Assembly: GCF_006345805.1 (NCBI RefSeq)
Contig: NC_043008.1
Coordinates: forward strand, 3,472,001 to 3,536,000
Reading direction: 5' to 3'
DNA length: 64,000 nt
Source of the DNA: Octopus sinensis
Taxonomy: Eukaryota
Shown here: positions 1 to 12,169 of the stretch, piece by piece
Numbering within the stretch: position 1 is the first letter of the stretch
Layout: each line of letters begins with the position of its first letter
Notes under the pieces: generated by a model
Told to the model about the DNA's origin: nothing
What the model saw: only the letters and a program-made list of their open reading frames with translations
The model's database searches: none
Position numbers and translations under genes: made by a program

Positions 1-702
1 AAACTATATAAAACGAATTCTCGCTATATCAACCGACTCAACTCACTGCCTTATGTATAAAAGCGTTTTTTTTTGTTCTTATATTATATGCTACATTTAT
101 CCGTGCAAACATGTTGACATGTTTTTCTAATCGATTTTGTGAACTGACAATGTATAATGTCCGATCATTTACAGAATATATTGACAAGTTGTGTGCATGA
201 CAAAGTGCTCACTAGTGCCCTTGATCAACCATTAAAAGGCTATAATCAAACTCAAATAGCGTTACCCATTCGTCTGATTAAATACCAGATCATGAGAAAT
301 TTTGTAGCGCGGTGTAGCAAAGCGTAACTAAGATCTGATAGCAACAACAAACAAATCTGCCGACAAGTAAATGCATGACGCAACTGGAAGCGGGTCTCTA
401 CTTCAGCGTTCAGGCTGCTAGAAACAATAGCCATTGTAACCTACAAATCAAACACATGTCAGGTTTTTGATTTCATAGTATATTAAAGGATGGTTTCCTA
501 GATGTAGTATTTGATCAGGTAATAGGGATTAAGCAACGACCTTATATAATACAGAGAAAAATATTCTAATAGACATATAATAACAAAATGCCAGTTTTCT
601 AAAAGCTACTGGGTGTGTTTGAGTGCATGTGTATATTATGTATATTATGCGTGTGTGTGTATGTATATATATATATATTATATATATATATATATATGTA
701 TA

Positions 703-897
703 TTGGGTTGGCTAAACGTCACCTGACAGTGAATCAAAACCATTTAATTTCAAGATCTATCTATATTTAACAATTGAATGAATTTAGTAAAAACATCTAA
801 ATATGAAGCATCATGAAAATTGCTCAAACTGAAGTCCTTCTTGAAATAGTATTTATGGAATTTTGATTTACTGTCGGATGACTTCTAGCCAAACCTG
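703..897. mobile_element. Tc1/mariner-type MITE
   Basis: Imperfect ~35 bp TIRs: left ggttggctaaacgtcacctgacagtgaatcaaaa, right (revcomp) ggtttggctagaagtcatccgacagtaaatcaaaa; no coding capacity; sits in TA/TG microsatellite. Confidence 0.7.
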
Positions 898-904
898 TGT
901 ATGT

Positions 905-1100
905 ATGAGCGCGTATGTGTGTGTGTGTGTGCGTGTGCGTGCTTGTGCGTGTGTATGTTTGTGTCCCCCACCGTCGCTTAACAACCGATGTTGGCGTGTT
1001 TACGTCCTCGTACCTTAGCGGTTCGGCAAAAAGAGCGAGTGAAAGAGTACTACGATTTAAAAATGGGTCCTGGAATCGATTTGTTCGTATAAAAGACTTA
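905..1100 (+). mobile_element. SINE family B, 3' half
   Basis: gtccccc..cgcttaacaaccgatgttggcgtgtttacgtcc..cttagcggttcggcaaaa matches the 3' half of the full copy at 41594-41998. Confidence 0.8.
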
Positions 1101-1171
1101 AACAAGTAAACGAATATAAGAGTAAAGGAACATATAATATATATATATATCATGATTTATAATCCTCTTCG

Positions 1172-1227
1172 TTTATGATCCTGTTTCGTCCCCGACAAAA
1201 ATCAACCGGAATCATCAGACATCAAAG
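1172..1227 (-). ncRNA. degenerate hammerhead-like motif (weak)
   Basis: Minus strand: gatgt CTGATGA ttccggttgatttttgtcggggac GAAA cag gatc ataaa. Both core boxes are present but stems I and II pair poorly; abuts (TA)n. Confidence 0.3.
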
Positions 1228-1580
1228 TTTGAATATCTCTGTTTCTCCAAACAGTTCCAGGTGTCTCTATTTATCTTCAATAAATTCTAATAAATGGTAT
1301 TTTTGTCTTTATGTACAAGAATATATTGAAGAATACCGTATGGAACCTCTTGAAACACATTTACTTTCTCGATAGTATTATAATGATACATTTCGTGTAC
1401 GCATCATCGTTGCGGGCACATAAGTATTCTCAGTTGCGTGACCTTTCATTGATCAGGTGTAAGCTGATAAGATGAGATCCTCTGTATTGTCATTTTCATG
1501 GGAGTGGAATCGAATCCATTACTCGGCTGATCTTTTGCCATCAAGAGAAGATTACACGTGATCATTCTATCTTATAGTAA

Positions 1581-1976
1581 TCTTTATATATAAAGCTGAA
1601 GTTGTCTGTGTATGGCAGGTTTGGTAGCCTTCAGCTAAAACTATCTCCTCCGAGACCCTGCGGCGCAAGTTGACCAAAATTGAGAGTATGATAGAAGGAG
1701 GCTTGTTCTTCCTTTAGTAGAAAAAAGAATTAAAATCGGACCATGTTAACAGCAAAAATTATTTACATCAAAAAGGTGCTTTTTTTCTATGAAAATTCCT
1801 ACTTTTTACGATTTTTTGACTGCTGTGTCGCCATTTTTCGGTGTATTTCAACCAGAAAAATGTTCACTTAAATAGAATAACAAGCTACATAATGCAAAAT
1901 TTCTACTTTTCCAAAAGACCAATTGTAAAGGGTCGAAAAGAAAACGAACCCGAACAACGCCGGGCTATACTGCTAG
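1581..1976 (+). mobile_element. non-autonomous Helitron
   Basis: Starts A|TC(tttatatataaa) at 1581 and ends CTAG|T at 1976, with sub-terminal GC hairpin cccg-aacaacgc-cggg (1949-1964) 8 nt upstream of the CTAG; inserted between A and T with no TSD. Confidence 0.8.
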
Positions 1977-2789
1977 TAAGTTATAAATCTCGATTAAATC
2001 ACACCAGACCCTGTTTATAAAATGTAGAAAATTTTTAGCGAAAAATTATGGATGGTCATGTTTGGAATGCCATTCCTCATTGACTGCATCGACTATGCCT
2101 GAATTATGCATAAAAAAGATTGAAATATGTAAACGAAAACAAGTAATGTCAACTACGATAGGATTTGATCTGAGGATGTTTGGATATCGAGTAAAACAAT
2201 ATTTTGCAACACCACTCAACCGATTCTACCAAACCAACAATATACCGATTCACCTTTACTATGCTTCAGGTAAATCTATTATTAAATGTTTACTCTGCTG
2301 TTTCTGTTTAACTGAGAGGCATATTATTAAAACTATTCATGTTTAATGAAACTTTTTCAGCATGTCAGAATAACGTCTCAAAAGTATTGCTTGCCAAATA
2401 TTTATCAAGTCTATTCTCGGGTCTTGCTTATATTTCTTTTTCATCGATAATCCCCACTTGATATCTGATTTCAGAGAGTTGACGTCTGTGTCATATTGTT
2501 ACATCACTTCACTTCTTAAATAACTTACTTCTTTGAATGAATTACTTCTTGTAGACGACCGATTGAATATTGAACATTTTTTCTTTCTATTTTATGTTTG
2601 TTCAGGTTGTCGTTATCAGTATTTTATAGACGTACACCACATATCTTTTGTCTGTGCGAATAATGAAATTCGAACTATCGATATTCTATACGACTACGGA
2701 GCTTCAGATATATCACTCTTCCTAATCAGTTTATTTTATATTGACTGATCGCTTGCCTTCATTCTTCATCTAATCTTCCGCCTACTCAA

Positions 2790-3110
2790 TTCTACTACTA
2801 CTACTACTACCACCACCACCACCACCACTACTACTATAATTATAATAATGATGATGATGATGATGAAGACGTCGATGATAATAATAAGAAGATACACACA
2901 CACACACATATATATATATATACATATAATATATATATACACATATTTATATACGTGAAGATATACATACACACATATGCATATATATGTATATATATAT
3001 ATATATATACACGCATATAATGTATACACACATACATCCATATGTGTACATATGTGTGTGTGTACGTATATATGTATGCATGTATGTATGTATGTATGTA
3101 TGTATGTATA
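2790..3110. repeat. compound microsatellite (TAC/CAC/TAA/TGA then CA/TA/TATG)
   Basis: Directly visible. Confidence 0.95.
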
Positions 3111-3223
3111 CAGGAGGCGTCGGTTTATTTTAGGACACTTCTTTCAAGAACTCAAACATCTCTTCTAACATTTTATGTTTTTTAACGTTCAGATAAATGT
3201 CAGAAATCTTGTTCACTAAACAA

Positions 3224-4267
3224 ATGAAAAGACACGTTGAAATCGTTGCCTTAAAATCGGAGCATGGTGATACAGAGAGATCTCACTTCATGGAAGTTGC
3301 CCGATCTTTCATTGACAGAGATTGAAAGGAGCTGGGAGCTGCTGACGAACATCCAGCATCCAGAACTTATTGCAAAATGCATACACTGGGTCCTAATACC
3401 ACCAGAAGTAGGTCCAAGCAATAATCTTTGTACAAAAGTTCTAAGAAATAACCACAGAAATCCAATCAGAGCCATTTCAAAGAACTTCAGGTTTTCGGAA
3501 TACATTATTAGAAAACTTATGTATGAGGAGTTCCGGTGTAAGTCGAAGGCGAAGTGGAGGGAAAAGTTTATGGCGGGTGTGACAAGAGAGAATCTTTCGA
3601 TCCGTGCAAAGTGCTTGCTAAACAGGTTGAAACACTAAGAGGCTGGAATTCTTTAGTTTTTCTCTGACGTGAAAAATTCTATCAGGAGAAAAGTTAATGT
3701 TCCTTGATGTTTGTGCTGGGACCCAACCGAGGCTCCGATGGTCAGGAATACTAAACCTCAAGTAACTGCGATGGTTTTGGGAGTCGTCAGCATCGAAGGA
3801 ATTGTTATGTCTCCTCACTTCACTTTGTTTAAGTGTCAATGTTTTTGTCTACACAGATGTGTTGGATAAAGATGTGAGTTGTGGGCAGATAGAGTTCTGC
3901 TCCATCTCATAAGACTCTTCTCCATCTCATAAGACTCTGCTCCGTCTCATAAACCGGGAACCATGTTCTCCCAAGAGACTTGACAATTCCTTCGTTGCTG
4001 ACGACTTCCATAACCATGCTCTCTCTCTCTCAGGCGCATGGACTCCTACCTCACCCGACCTCAATCCACTGTTTCATTATTGATGGAGCATAGTCGAGCG
4101 AGATGTCAAGCAACACCCCTATAATACTTTGCATTCTCTTATGTCTGGCATTACTAGCACTGTGTCCAAAATTAATAAAGATTATTTGATTCAGACTCAT
4201 TTAATACCTCCAACTCCTTACTGAAGCTGCCATTAACGCTAACAGTAGATTCGTTGAAGAGGTGTGA
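3224..4267 (+). pseudogene. transposase pseudogene (Tc1/mariner, maT-like)
   Basis: DDD-catalytic-domain motifs as above, with multiple stops and frameshifts; ORF 3264-3638 is a fragment of it. Confidence 0.85.
3895..3954. repeat. 3 x 20 bp tandem duplication inside the transposase
   Basis: ttctgctccatctcataaga / ctcttctccatctcataaga / ctctgctccgtctcataaac. Confidence 0.9.
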
Positions 4268-4672
4268 TAAAAGGATACTCAAAACAAAGTATACCAATTT
4301 ATTTAGAAAAACACTTTTTCTTTCATGAGTTATGCGTCTTCTAAATTTATATAACTTACCAAAACGCACCGTGTGTATGTGTGTGGATGTGTGTCTGTGT
4401 ACACCTTGGCATTTTGTGTTGTTAAGAAGATCACTTTGAAAGCATATCGTTTCGGATCTAAAGCAACCAGGAGATCAGTGCATCTAACCATAAATGCATG
4501 TCTTGACACGGTCAATATTTATGTGGACTTGATGTCCCTTTTAGAAATTAAGCAAAAAAGAATTATCTCAGGCTTGGCTGAACAAATCCAGTGTGAATAG
4601 CTTAACACAAGGAACAATATCTCGATACAGTTAATCGTGGTTATTACCAGCGTCATAACTCCCACCATATCA

Positions 4673-4680
<8 letters not shown>

Positions 4681-4727
<47 letters not shown>
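4681..4727. repeat. (GT)n
   Basis: Directly visible. Confidence 0.95.
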
Positions 4728-4730
<3 letters not shown>

Positions 4731-4789
4731 CGTCAGTATGGCATACATTCAGAACCAAAAGGATAGAAACGTTCATTGAATCAAGATGT

Positions 4790-4900
4790 TCTTAACATGG
4801 CTTCAGGTCAGCCGGAGGCCAGTGTTTTAAGACAGTTTACTTGGTATGGTTGCTATTTCTAGTAAGTTGATCGTTCATATTGCGGCTTCCTCAATAATGG
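4790..4900 (-). mobile_element. old SINE family C fragment
   Basis: tggttgctatttctagtaagttgatcg is the revcomp of the motif tcgacctgctagaaatagcagccaaatc seen at 41276-41305. Confidence 0.5.
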
Positions 4901-5071
4901 CTGACACCAACACTTCGTGTCGTGTTTAACGAGATCTCTATTAGCAAGTCTTCGGTCAATCACTTGTGAATTTAAAATGCACGGAGAAGCATGATGTAAT
5001 GCGTGATGGATTACATTATCGTAATGTTTTCCTGTAAGATCGCTTTAAAAAAAGTTAAACTAATACTAATT

Positions 5072-5072
<1 letters not shown>

Positions 5073-5129
<57 letters not shown>

Positions 5130-5140
5130 TAATAATAATT
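5073..5140. repeat. (AAT)n
   Basis: Directly visible. Confidence 0.95.
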
Positions 5141-6178
5141 AATACTGCTTCATCTAATAGTAATAATTAAATTGACGATGATAACGGCTACTGCAATGTT
5201 CATGTTTTAAATAAGTCTTTGATCTCTTTAAAATGTCAACTAAATTCCGATTTCTAAATAACGCTTCTGTGTTTCTATCGGATTCAATGTCGCTCTCAGA
5301 GGAGAAACTTTGCTTTTATTGACTTGTATGTTTAATTACAATGATGTGGTTGTACTTAATTGATTGATTATATGTTCACTTATCTCTCGGTTTATTCCGC
5401 ATATGTTATTAATGAATGCTTCATATTAGACAGAAAAAAAACACACTTCAGTTTCTAATTACTTTTGACATGTGAAATAACTTTCTTAAAAAGGATCATT
5501 TGCTATCAACTTCAACGATAAATTACTATTGCAGTGTGTGCTATGCGTTTGGTGTGCGTTTGCAGAGAAATTATCAGCATATGTGTTTATGTGTATGTAG
5601 AGATGCTTGCAGAATCCTCTCTTTGTGTTGTTAGGTGTTGTCAGTGAGAACATATTTGTAAGCTGTGTGTATGCGTATGTTGTGCGCAGACAACATTAAA
5701 ACCCATGTTTGCGCTGCAGGTTGCTGCAGCGTTGTTGCGAGCTTGTTTACTTAAAATAAAGTCACGTGAGAGAGAGAAAGAGAGAGAAAGAGAGAGAAAG
5801 AGGTGGATCTGCCATCTGCCTTTGCTTCTGGATATTCTTATGTTATTATCGTTGTGATTGTTCCTTTTTTATTTTATTTTATTTTTACTATGAGCCGTGT
5901 CAATGAAAACAACTGGGAAGTGCCTGTGTTTAAAGAATAAAATATAAGTACAAAGAGAAAGTGAGAATGTGGAAAGGAAGTAAAGATAGAAACAGGACAA
6001 TTCACGTAGAAAGAGATAAATTAACAGGGAAATGAAAATTTGTTTAAAAAATAAATGAATTAGAGTAAGATGGATTGCCGTGAAAAATTCTAATCCCAAG
6101 CTTTTGCAAACGGCAAGTTTCTCGCAGAAAAATACTATAGAAGCTAATGCCAAAGTCACATAGCCACTAGACATTATC

Positions 6179-6212
6179 TCTCTGACGACGGCATATTCTC
6201 CGAAACGTTGGA
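6179..6212 (+). ncRNA. minimal type I hammerhead-like motif
   Basis: tct CTGACGA c GG catattct CC GAAA CGT T gga: intact core, 2-bp stem II, palindromic ACGT stem III, GUU site, 3-bp stem I. Confidence 0.55.
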
Positions 6213-6744
6213 TTTGTTTACTCTTCGCGGCCAATCAAATCACTGTACTTTAATTATATAAACAAACATTTATTGATTAGCATTGCGTGCCATTTGTATG
6301 TGGGAAATAGGACGAATCGAATACAAGAAGAAGAACCAGAGTAAGAGAAGGAGAGAGAGAAATAGACAGGAAAGGAAGAGATAAAGAAAAAGTGATTCGT
6401 TGTGGAAGATAGTAGTGATTGGGACTGTTTTCAATGAATTCTTGGGTATCTCTTTTGAACGTATCATTTTTAATATATGCAAGAAGTAGGACTTAGAACA
6501 GAATCTATGCGCATGTCCGCATGGATGAATCAATGATACCATAGATATATGGTGAACCGCCCTCATTGGTCAATGAGGATCTAGTCCTTCGACCAGCTAC
6601 ATACTATTCACTTAATATGTAATTAATTGGCTAAACTTTCCACATACACGTGTGTCCTTAGCGTACCTCGAAAGCAAAATCAGTGAGACACAGAATGTTA
6701 CTAGACACTCTGTGTGTGTGTGTTTGTGTATGTATGTATGTGTG

Positions 6745-7172
6745 TCATTATTCAGCTTATTTCAAGATTTCTTGCCAAATGAGTAAGAACCGGTTTCTAA
6801 CATAGATTCAGGGTCCCTTCATTGGAATTTCAACACAACATGGCATTTTTGTTTGTATGTATATATGTATATATATATATATATATATATTATGTGTGTG
6901 TACGAATGTATGCATCTATGCATGTATGTATGTGGAAAATTTTATGTTTTATGTATGTATTGTCCTGCATATATAGTTAAATTACAAACTTCTGGAATGT
7001 TTTACAGATTTTTACAGTTCCAGTGATGGATTGAATATGTAGTCTTCGAATTAGCTTTCTCCTTTCTGGTTTTGAGAAGATTGGATTTAGGCAGAAGGTT
7101 ACATATGACAGAGCCCCAATAATTACAGGTATAAGCCTGAACATGAAATCTGGATAGAGTAGCTGCAGATTT
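6745..7172 (-). mobile_element. 3' end of an RLE-type (R2/R4/NeSL-like) non-LTR element, copy 1
   Basis: Minus strand reads LQLLYPDFMFRLIPVIIGALSYV..KPERRKLIRRLHIQSITGTVKICKTFQKF, followed by a 3' UTR; near-identical to 43875-44268. Confidence 0.8.
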
Positions 7173-7740
7173 ATGTATGTATGTATGTATGCATGTATAA
7201 AAACATTTATTTATGCATATTTCGAAAGCTAATATTTCTTGTGGGTGAAAATTTTGTCATAATTATTTTGGAAGAGCTGGAAGACACAGAAGGACTGGCA
7301 ATCACAATGAGCCTCATTTGTATGCGAAGAGTAATTTTGTCTTTTAGTCAGTCACCGTTAATCTTGAGAAGAAGCCTTTGCCCTAGCATGAAGTCGATCA
7401 GTTAAAGAATTTTATTTTTAGTTTCAAAAAATGAACTCTATTGGAAATGAATTTGGTGTGCAGTTCAAAATCTGGTGGTTCGTTCATTTGTGAAATGCAA
7501 TGCCTGGAAAAATTGTCCGCCCTCTGAAACTGCCGTGTGTGAAGAAATATTGATATTGTTGGAAGTAAATGCCTCGGTACGTACTTTCATTCATAAGATG
7601 AGGGAAGTTCATACAAGAGCGGAACATACTGAATTGTTTTATATCATCTACTTATGCACATAAGCACGCACAAACACACACATTCATATATATAATTCAC
7701 TGCGTAGTTTTTCTCTCTCCCCCTTGAAAGACAGGCAGTC

Positions 7741-7866
<126 letters not shown>

Positions 7867-8317
7867 GTGAACAAACGAAAGTAATACAGGACGATTTTAG
7901 AACTGAAAGTTGTAACTTTTTAATAACAGCTTAACTCGCTTCAGCGTTTCCTTTAACCTTCGTAAGTAAAGGGCTCGTTTCAATCGTCATCTGTAAGGAA
8001 TCAGAGTGGAGAAGTCTAAAATGTCTTCTATGCGCAAATATTTAAGCATCCATTGCTTTGTTCAGTTCATATTTATACTTCAACTCGTGGCAACACTTCT
8101 TACATTGCTGGCTTCACGCTCAAACATAACACGTCCAAATTATTTTCGAAACCTATATTAACCCCTTCTAAAAGCAAGACATGGTAACTAAACATGATCT
8201 TAATGTTATCAATTCTAATGTGAGAGGCTGTTGCAGTGCAACTATATTCAACTGGGTCCACGGCATTGTGGATAAAAGCCACTTAAAAGTTCACACAGCT
8301 TAATATTTTCGAGTTCT

Positions 8318-8500
8318 AAGGCAGCGAGCTGGCAGAACCGTTAGGACGCCGGGCGAAATGCTTAACGGCATTTCGTTTGTCTTTACGTTCTGAGTTCAAA
8401 TTTCCCCGAGGTCGACTTTTCCTTTCATCCCGGGGTCGATCTAATAGACTGCATCCCCCCCCCTCCCAGAAAATTTCCGACCTTGTGCCCAGAGTAGAAA
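8318..8500 (+). mobile_element. SINE family A (tail type 2), internally deleted
   Basis: aaggcagcgagctggcagaaccgttagg..gagttcaaatt..gaggtcgac; Pol III A/B-box-like motifs. Confidence 0.85.
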
Positions 8501-9552
8501 ATAATATTTTGGAGTTGTACTCTTTGACATCGAAGTCCATTCTCCTAAAAGTCCGTGATTTCGGTTGATACGTTTTCAGAATTAGTGGCCTCGATATCAG
8601 AATTATCGACACTAAGAGATCACCCACTGCTTCACGAGAATGTGCGCGGTGTAAAATAAAATGAAAGTGTCCCACTTCTCGACTGTGTCTATCGAGAGTT
8701 CAAGTCTCCACTGTTCGTCGTTTTATATGATTTCCGGACAGTCCCAAACAATATGAATGACCAGGATGGAGATTCGTTCATGCTGGATCTTATAAACAGT
8801 TAACAAAAATTCAGCTGAACAATAACTGCTACTATCTACTTAACACATGTCTACTACCTAGACAAGCAGGTACTAACTATCCTAATAAAAAAAGTCTACT
8901 ACTTATATCCATAGAAACGTCAGCCACTAACCCCTCTTTCAGCAGAAGAATCTCTAATCTAACTGTAGACAAACATAGTCTTCAACGGGGCCACTATCCA
9001 AAATAACGAGCAGTTGCGAAGTGTAGCTTTACTGATAAATTGGAGTATGTGGATGACACTCACCCGCTTGAAAACATGAAGTGAGTTAGAATGCAAAGGA
9101 TAATCCGATTTAAGATTTCACTCTATCAAGATTTCCCCCCTAATATTGCAAGGTGCCTCCTCTGGCTAAAGTATTTATCATTTCCCAAGAAACCAGATAT
9201 ATCATAAAGTCGTTAATTCTCATAGCGTCACGATTAGCCCTTCGAGCTTTAGTAATAAGTTCCTGGCACTACCCGCTTCGAGGTAAGCATACACGCAACT
9301 CACAGAGTCTTACGCTCAAAACCGTAACTACCGAAATTCATGCAGAAAGTTGCCTGGGGAGCGATCCTTATACAAATCAATGGGACAATATACGGACAAA
9401 GCAGTTAATAATTCGAAGGGAATATTTACGCAAGTTGGGTCGTGTGTGTGTTGGGTTGGTGTATTTTATTGCTGTTTCTAACGAAATAAAACCATTGCCT
9501 CCAGGATTTCTCTTTGACTCTACAACTTTATATTTGCTCATGAAGGTACGTA

Positions 9553-9567
9553 TTTGTGTGTACGTGT

Positions 9568-9616
<49 letters not shown>

Positions 9617-9636
9617 TGTGTGTGTGTGTGAGTGTG
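9553..9636. repeat. (GT)n
   Basis: Directly visible. Confidence 0.95.
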
Positions 9637-9934
9637 TAAAAGTAATTCGTACTACATCAGTAAAAGCAACAAAAACAATGTACTTATCGGAAATATTCCG
9701 TGGAATATCGGATAAATCTATTAGATTATATGATTCATTTCCTGATGGAGTTATTCCATAATTACTAATGATGGTATTTACTTTCAGGGAACTGAATTTC
9801 CTTCTTCGTAATTATCAAATAGACAGCAATATCGTATATTGATAACCTACGGTTATGGTAAAACTAAGACGACAACCCTAGTATTACTACCACGACCACC
9901 ACCACTACAATATAAGATTAGAATAACGAGGATT

Positions 9935-10046
9935 ATGATGATGACGATGACGACGACGATAATGATGATGATGATGATGATGATGATGATATGATGATGA
10001 TGATGATGATGATGACGACGACGACGATGATGATGATGATGATGAC
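9935..10046. repeat. (GAT/GAC)n
   Basis: Directly visible. Confidence 0.95.
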
Positions 10047-10665
10047 TAATATAATTTTTTTTTCTTTATCAGCCCCAAAAGATCGAAGATATATAATACC
10101 ATGTAATATACGTTGACCAGGGTATTTACAAATATATATGGGATGGAAAAGTAAATTGTATAGGAACGAGGGGAAGGGTGAAAATGTTATACAGTTTAAG
10201 AAGAGCTTAATTTAACATTAATAAAACACAAATACACGGAATTATAAAAAGAAATTGAGAGTAATAAGAAATATAATTATTAAATCTTCATATAACCAGG
10301 CAGACAATAAAAGATTGAAACATCGTTATGCTCGTGAGGAAACGTGGATTTTCTGTGAGAACAAGCTATACTGCTGGAGTTTCCATGAGAAAATATCTCA
10401 AATTGGTTTTGAGGATAAATATCAGCTCTCAGTAGTAATACCCGACTTTGTCAGCAACAAACATCTTGATTATGATTTTTACCTTGACACATTACCAGAA
10501 ATTCAGGATGATGAGAATGAAATTTTAAATCTATTCCAGAAGAATGAAAGTCAAACTTTTCTCAGGTGGTAATTGAACCCACGATGTAACGAGAAATAAG
10601 AAAAAACGAGAAGAACAAAATTATCCATGATTAACAATACAGTTTCTTATGCAATTCGTTTCAAA

Positions 10666-10856
10666 TTTTGGCAGAAGCCCAGCAATTTCGTGGGTTGGGG
10701 CTAAGACGATTACATCGACCCCAATATTCAACCGGTACTTATTTTATCGACTCCAAAAGGCAAAGTCGACCTCGGCAGAATTTGAACTTAGAACAAGAAG
10801 ACAGGCGAAATACCGCTAAGGATCTCACGCGGTTTGCTAACGATTCTGTCGCCTTA
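10666..10856 (-). mobile_element. SINE family A (tail type 2)
   Basis: Revcomp match to 23268-23470 over head and body. Confidence 0.85.
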
Positions 10857-11577
10857 GTATCTTATATATTATAATAACAATGTCCGTATCAGTCAGCAAT
10901 CTCTCAGTGCACGGTTTGTATCAACACCTGACATATTTGCTATTACCCACAAGACAAAAATAACAAGCGCATCGCCTGTTGCATGGTTAAAAGGGGAATA
11001 GGCACTTTGAAATTAATGCATAAAACGTACGAAAATCGATTGCGCGATGATCGGTTTCAGTAAAAACATTTAAGAATGAAAATAGCGACAATATTAAAAA
11101 AGGGCCAAATTTTATGCTTCGATTTCACAAATAAATCAAGAAGCATCAAAATGTATTCGGGAGGAATACATGCATAATTTGTAAGTATTTTCAAACTACG
11201 AAAGATTGAAACCACATCACTTATAAAAATTGAAGAAAAAATAATTTCTTTGAACACAAAAAGGTTAGACAGATGAATTAATATATGGTGAATTCTGAAA
11301 GCTAACTGCGAAGGTTTAATAAACGGAAATAGAGAATGCGTAATGTAAACGCAATACAAGCAAACAAAAGTAGGAAACCCGAGTAAGATAAACTGCAAAA
11401 TAACAAATAGAAAAAATGTTCATGTTACAACGGAATGAAATCACAAATTGCATCAGAAAAATTTGCCCCAAAAGTTCAAATTTTAACAATAAAAACAAAA
11501 TACAAATCAAAAGGGATATTTAACGAAACAGAATACGAATAATATTTCTTATCTTTTGGGCAGCACCTTAAAGAATT

Positions 11578-11715
11578 CTTAGTCAAATGTATCGACTCCA
11601 GGACTTATTTTTTAAAACTTATTTTATCAAACCCTTTTGTTGAACTACTAAGTCACTATCACCAGTTGACAAGCGGTGAAGGACGCGACAAACAAAGGCA
11701 CAAATACACACACAC
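11578..11715 (-). mobile_element. SINE family B 3' fragment
   Basis: ttagtcaaatgtatcgactccaggacttatt..gttgacaagcggtg matches the family B tail. Confidence 0.6.
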
Positions 11716-11734
11716 ACAAATGCGTGTATATGTA

Positions 11735-11780
11735 TATATAAATATATATTTATGTATATATATATATATATATATATGTA

Positions 11781-11812
<32 letters not shown>

Positions 11813-11842
11813 TATATATATATGTATATATAATATATAATA

Positions 11843-11892
<50 letters not shown>
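11735..11892. repeat. (TA)n
   Basis: Directly visible. Confidence 0.97.
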
Positions 11893-11896
<4 letters not shown>

Positions 11897-12088
11897 TAAT
11901 CCAAACAGAAAGCACAAAAAACACAACGCGAGGACGTGGAACAAATATAGTATTATTGGACGCTCAGGAAAGAAGGAAGGTTTAACGTTTCGAGCGGAGC
12001 TCTTCGTCGGAAACATAGGAGAAGGAAAGATCCAGAGAAGGGAAGAGAGAGGAAAAACATCGCCAACGGCACACACGCGGTCACATTT
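11893..12088 (-). mobile_element. short hammerhead-bearing repeat (Penelope-like terminus / retrozyme-like), between two (TA)n arrays
   Basis: Related to 17066-17230 and 17281-17468 (shared gtatta..acgctc..ttaacgtttcgagc..gctcttc); contains motif 11980-12014. Confidence 0.65.
11980..12014 (-). ncRNA. minimal type I hammerhead motif (U4C variant)
   Basis: gttt CCGACGA a GAGC tcc GCTC GAAA CGT T aaac: 4-bp stem I, 4-bp stem II, palindromic ACGT, GUU site. Confidence 0.6.
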
Positions 12089-12122
12089 TGATATATATAT
12101 GTATATACATATGTGTGTGTAA

Positions 12123-12157
<35 letters not shown>

Positions 12158-12169
12158 AAAGCAATAAAG

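Larger units (their letters stand above)
3111..4375 (+). mobile_element. decayed Tc1/mariner transposon, maT/DD37D-like
   Basis: Broken transposase 3224-4267: MKRHVEIVALK.., LLNRLKH*EAGIL*FFSD, DSAPSHK, WTPTSPDLNPL; weak TIR remnants (caggaggcgt / cacggtgcgt); TA at the left end. Confidence 0.85.

Noticed and set aside
7220-7660. Possible mariner remnant on the minus strand (FFSRLTVTD)
   Set aside because: Only one weak motif, no TIRs.
8870-8925. GAAACGTC-agcc, the right half of a hammerhead
   Set aside because: There is no CUGANGA box or matching stem I strand upstream in this copy.
9153-9761. Longest ORF in the track (202 aa)
   Set aside because: It reads through a (GT)n tract and has no coherent domain; at most a short internal piece may be exonic.
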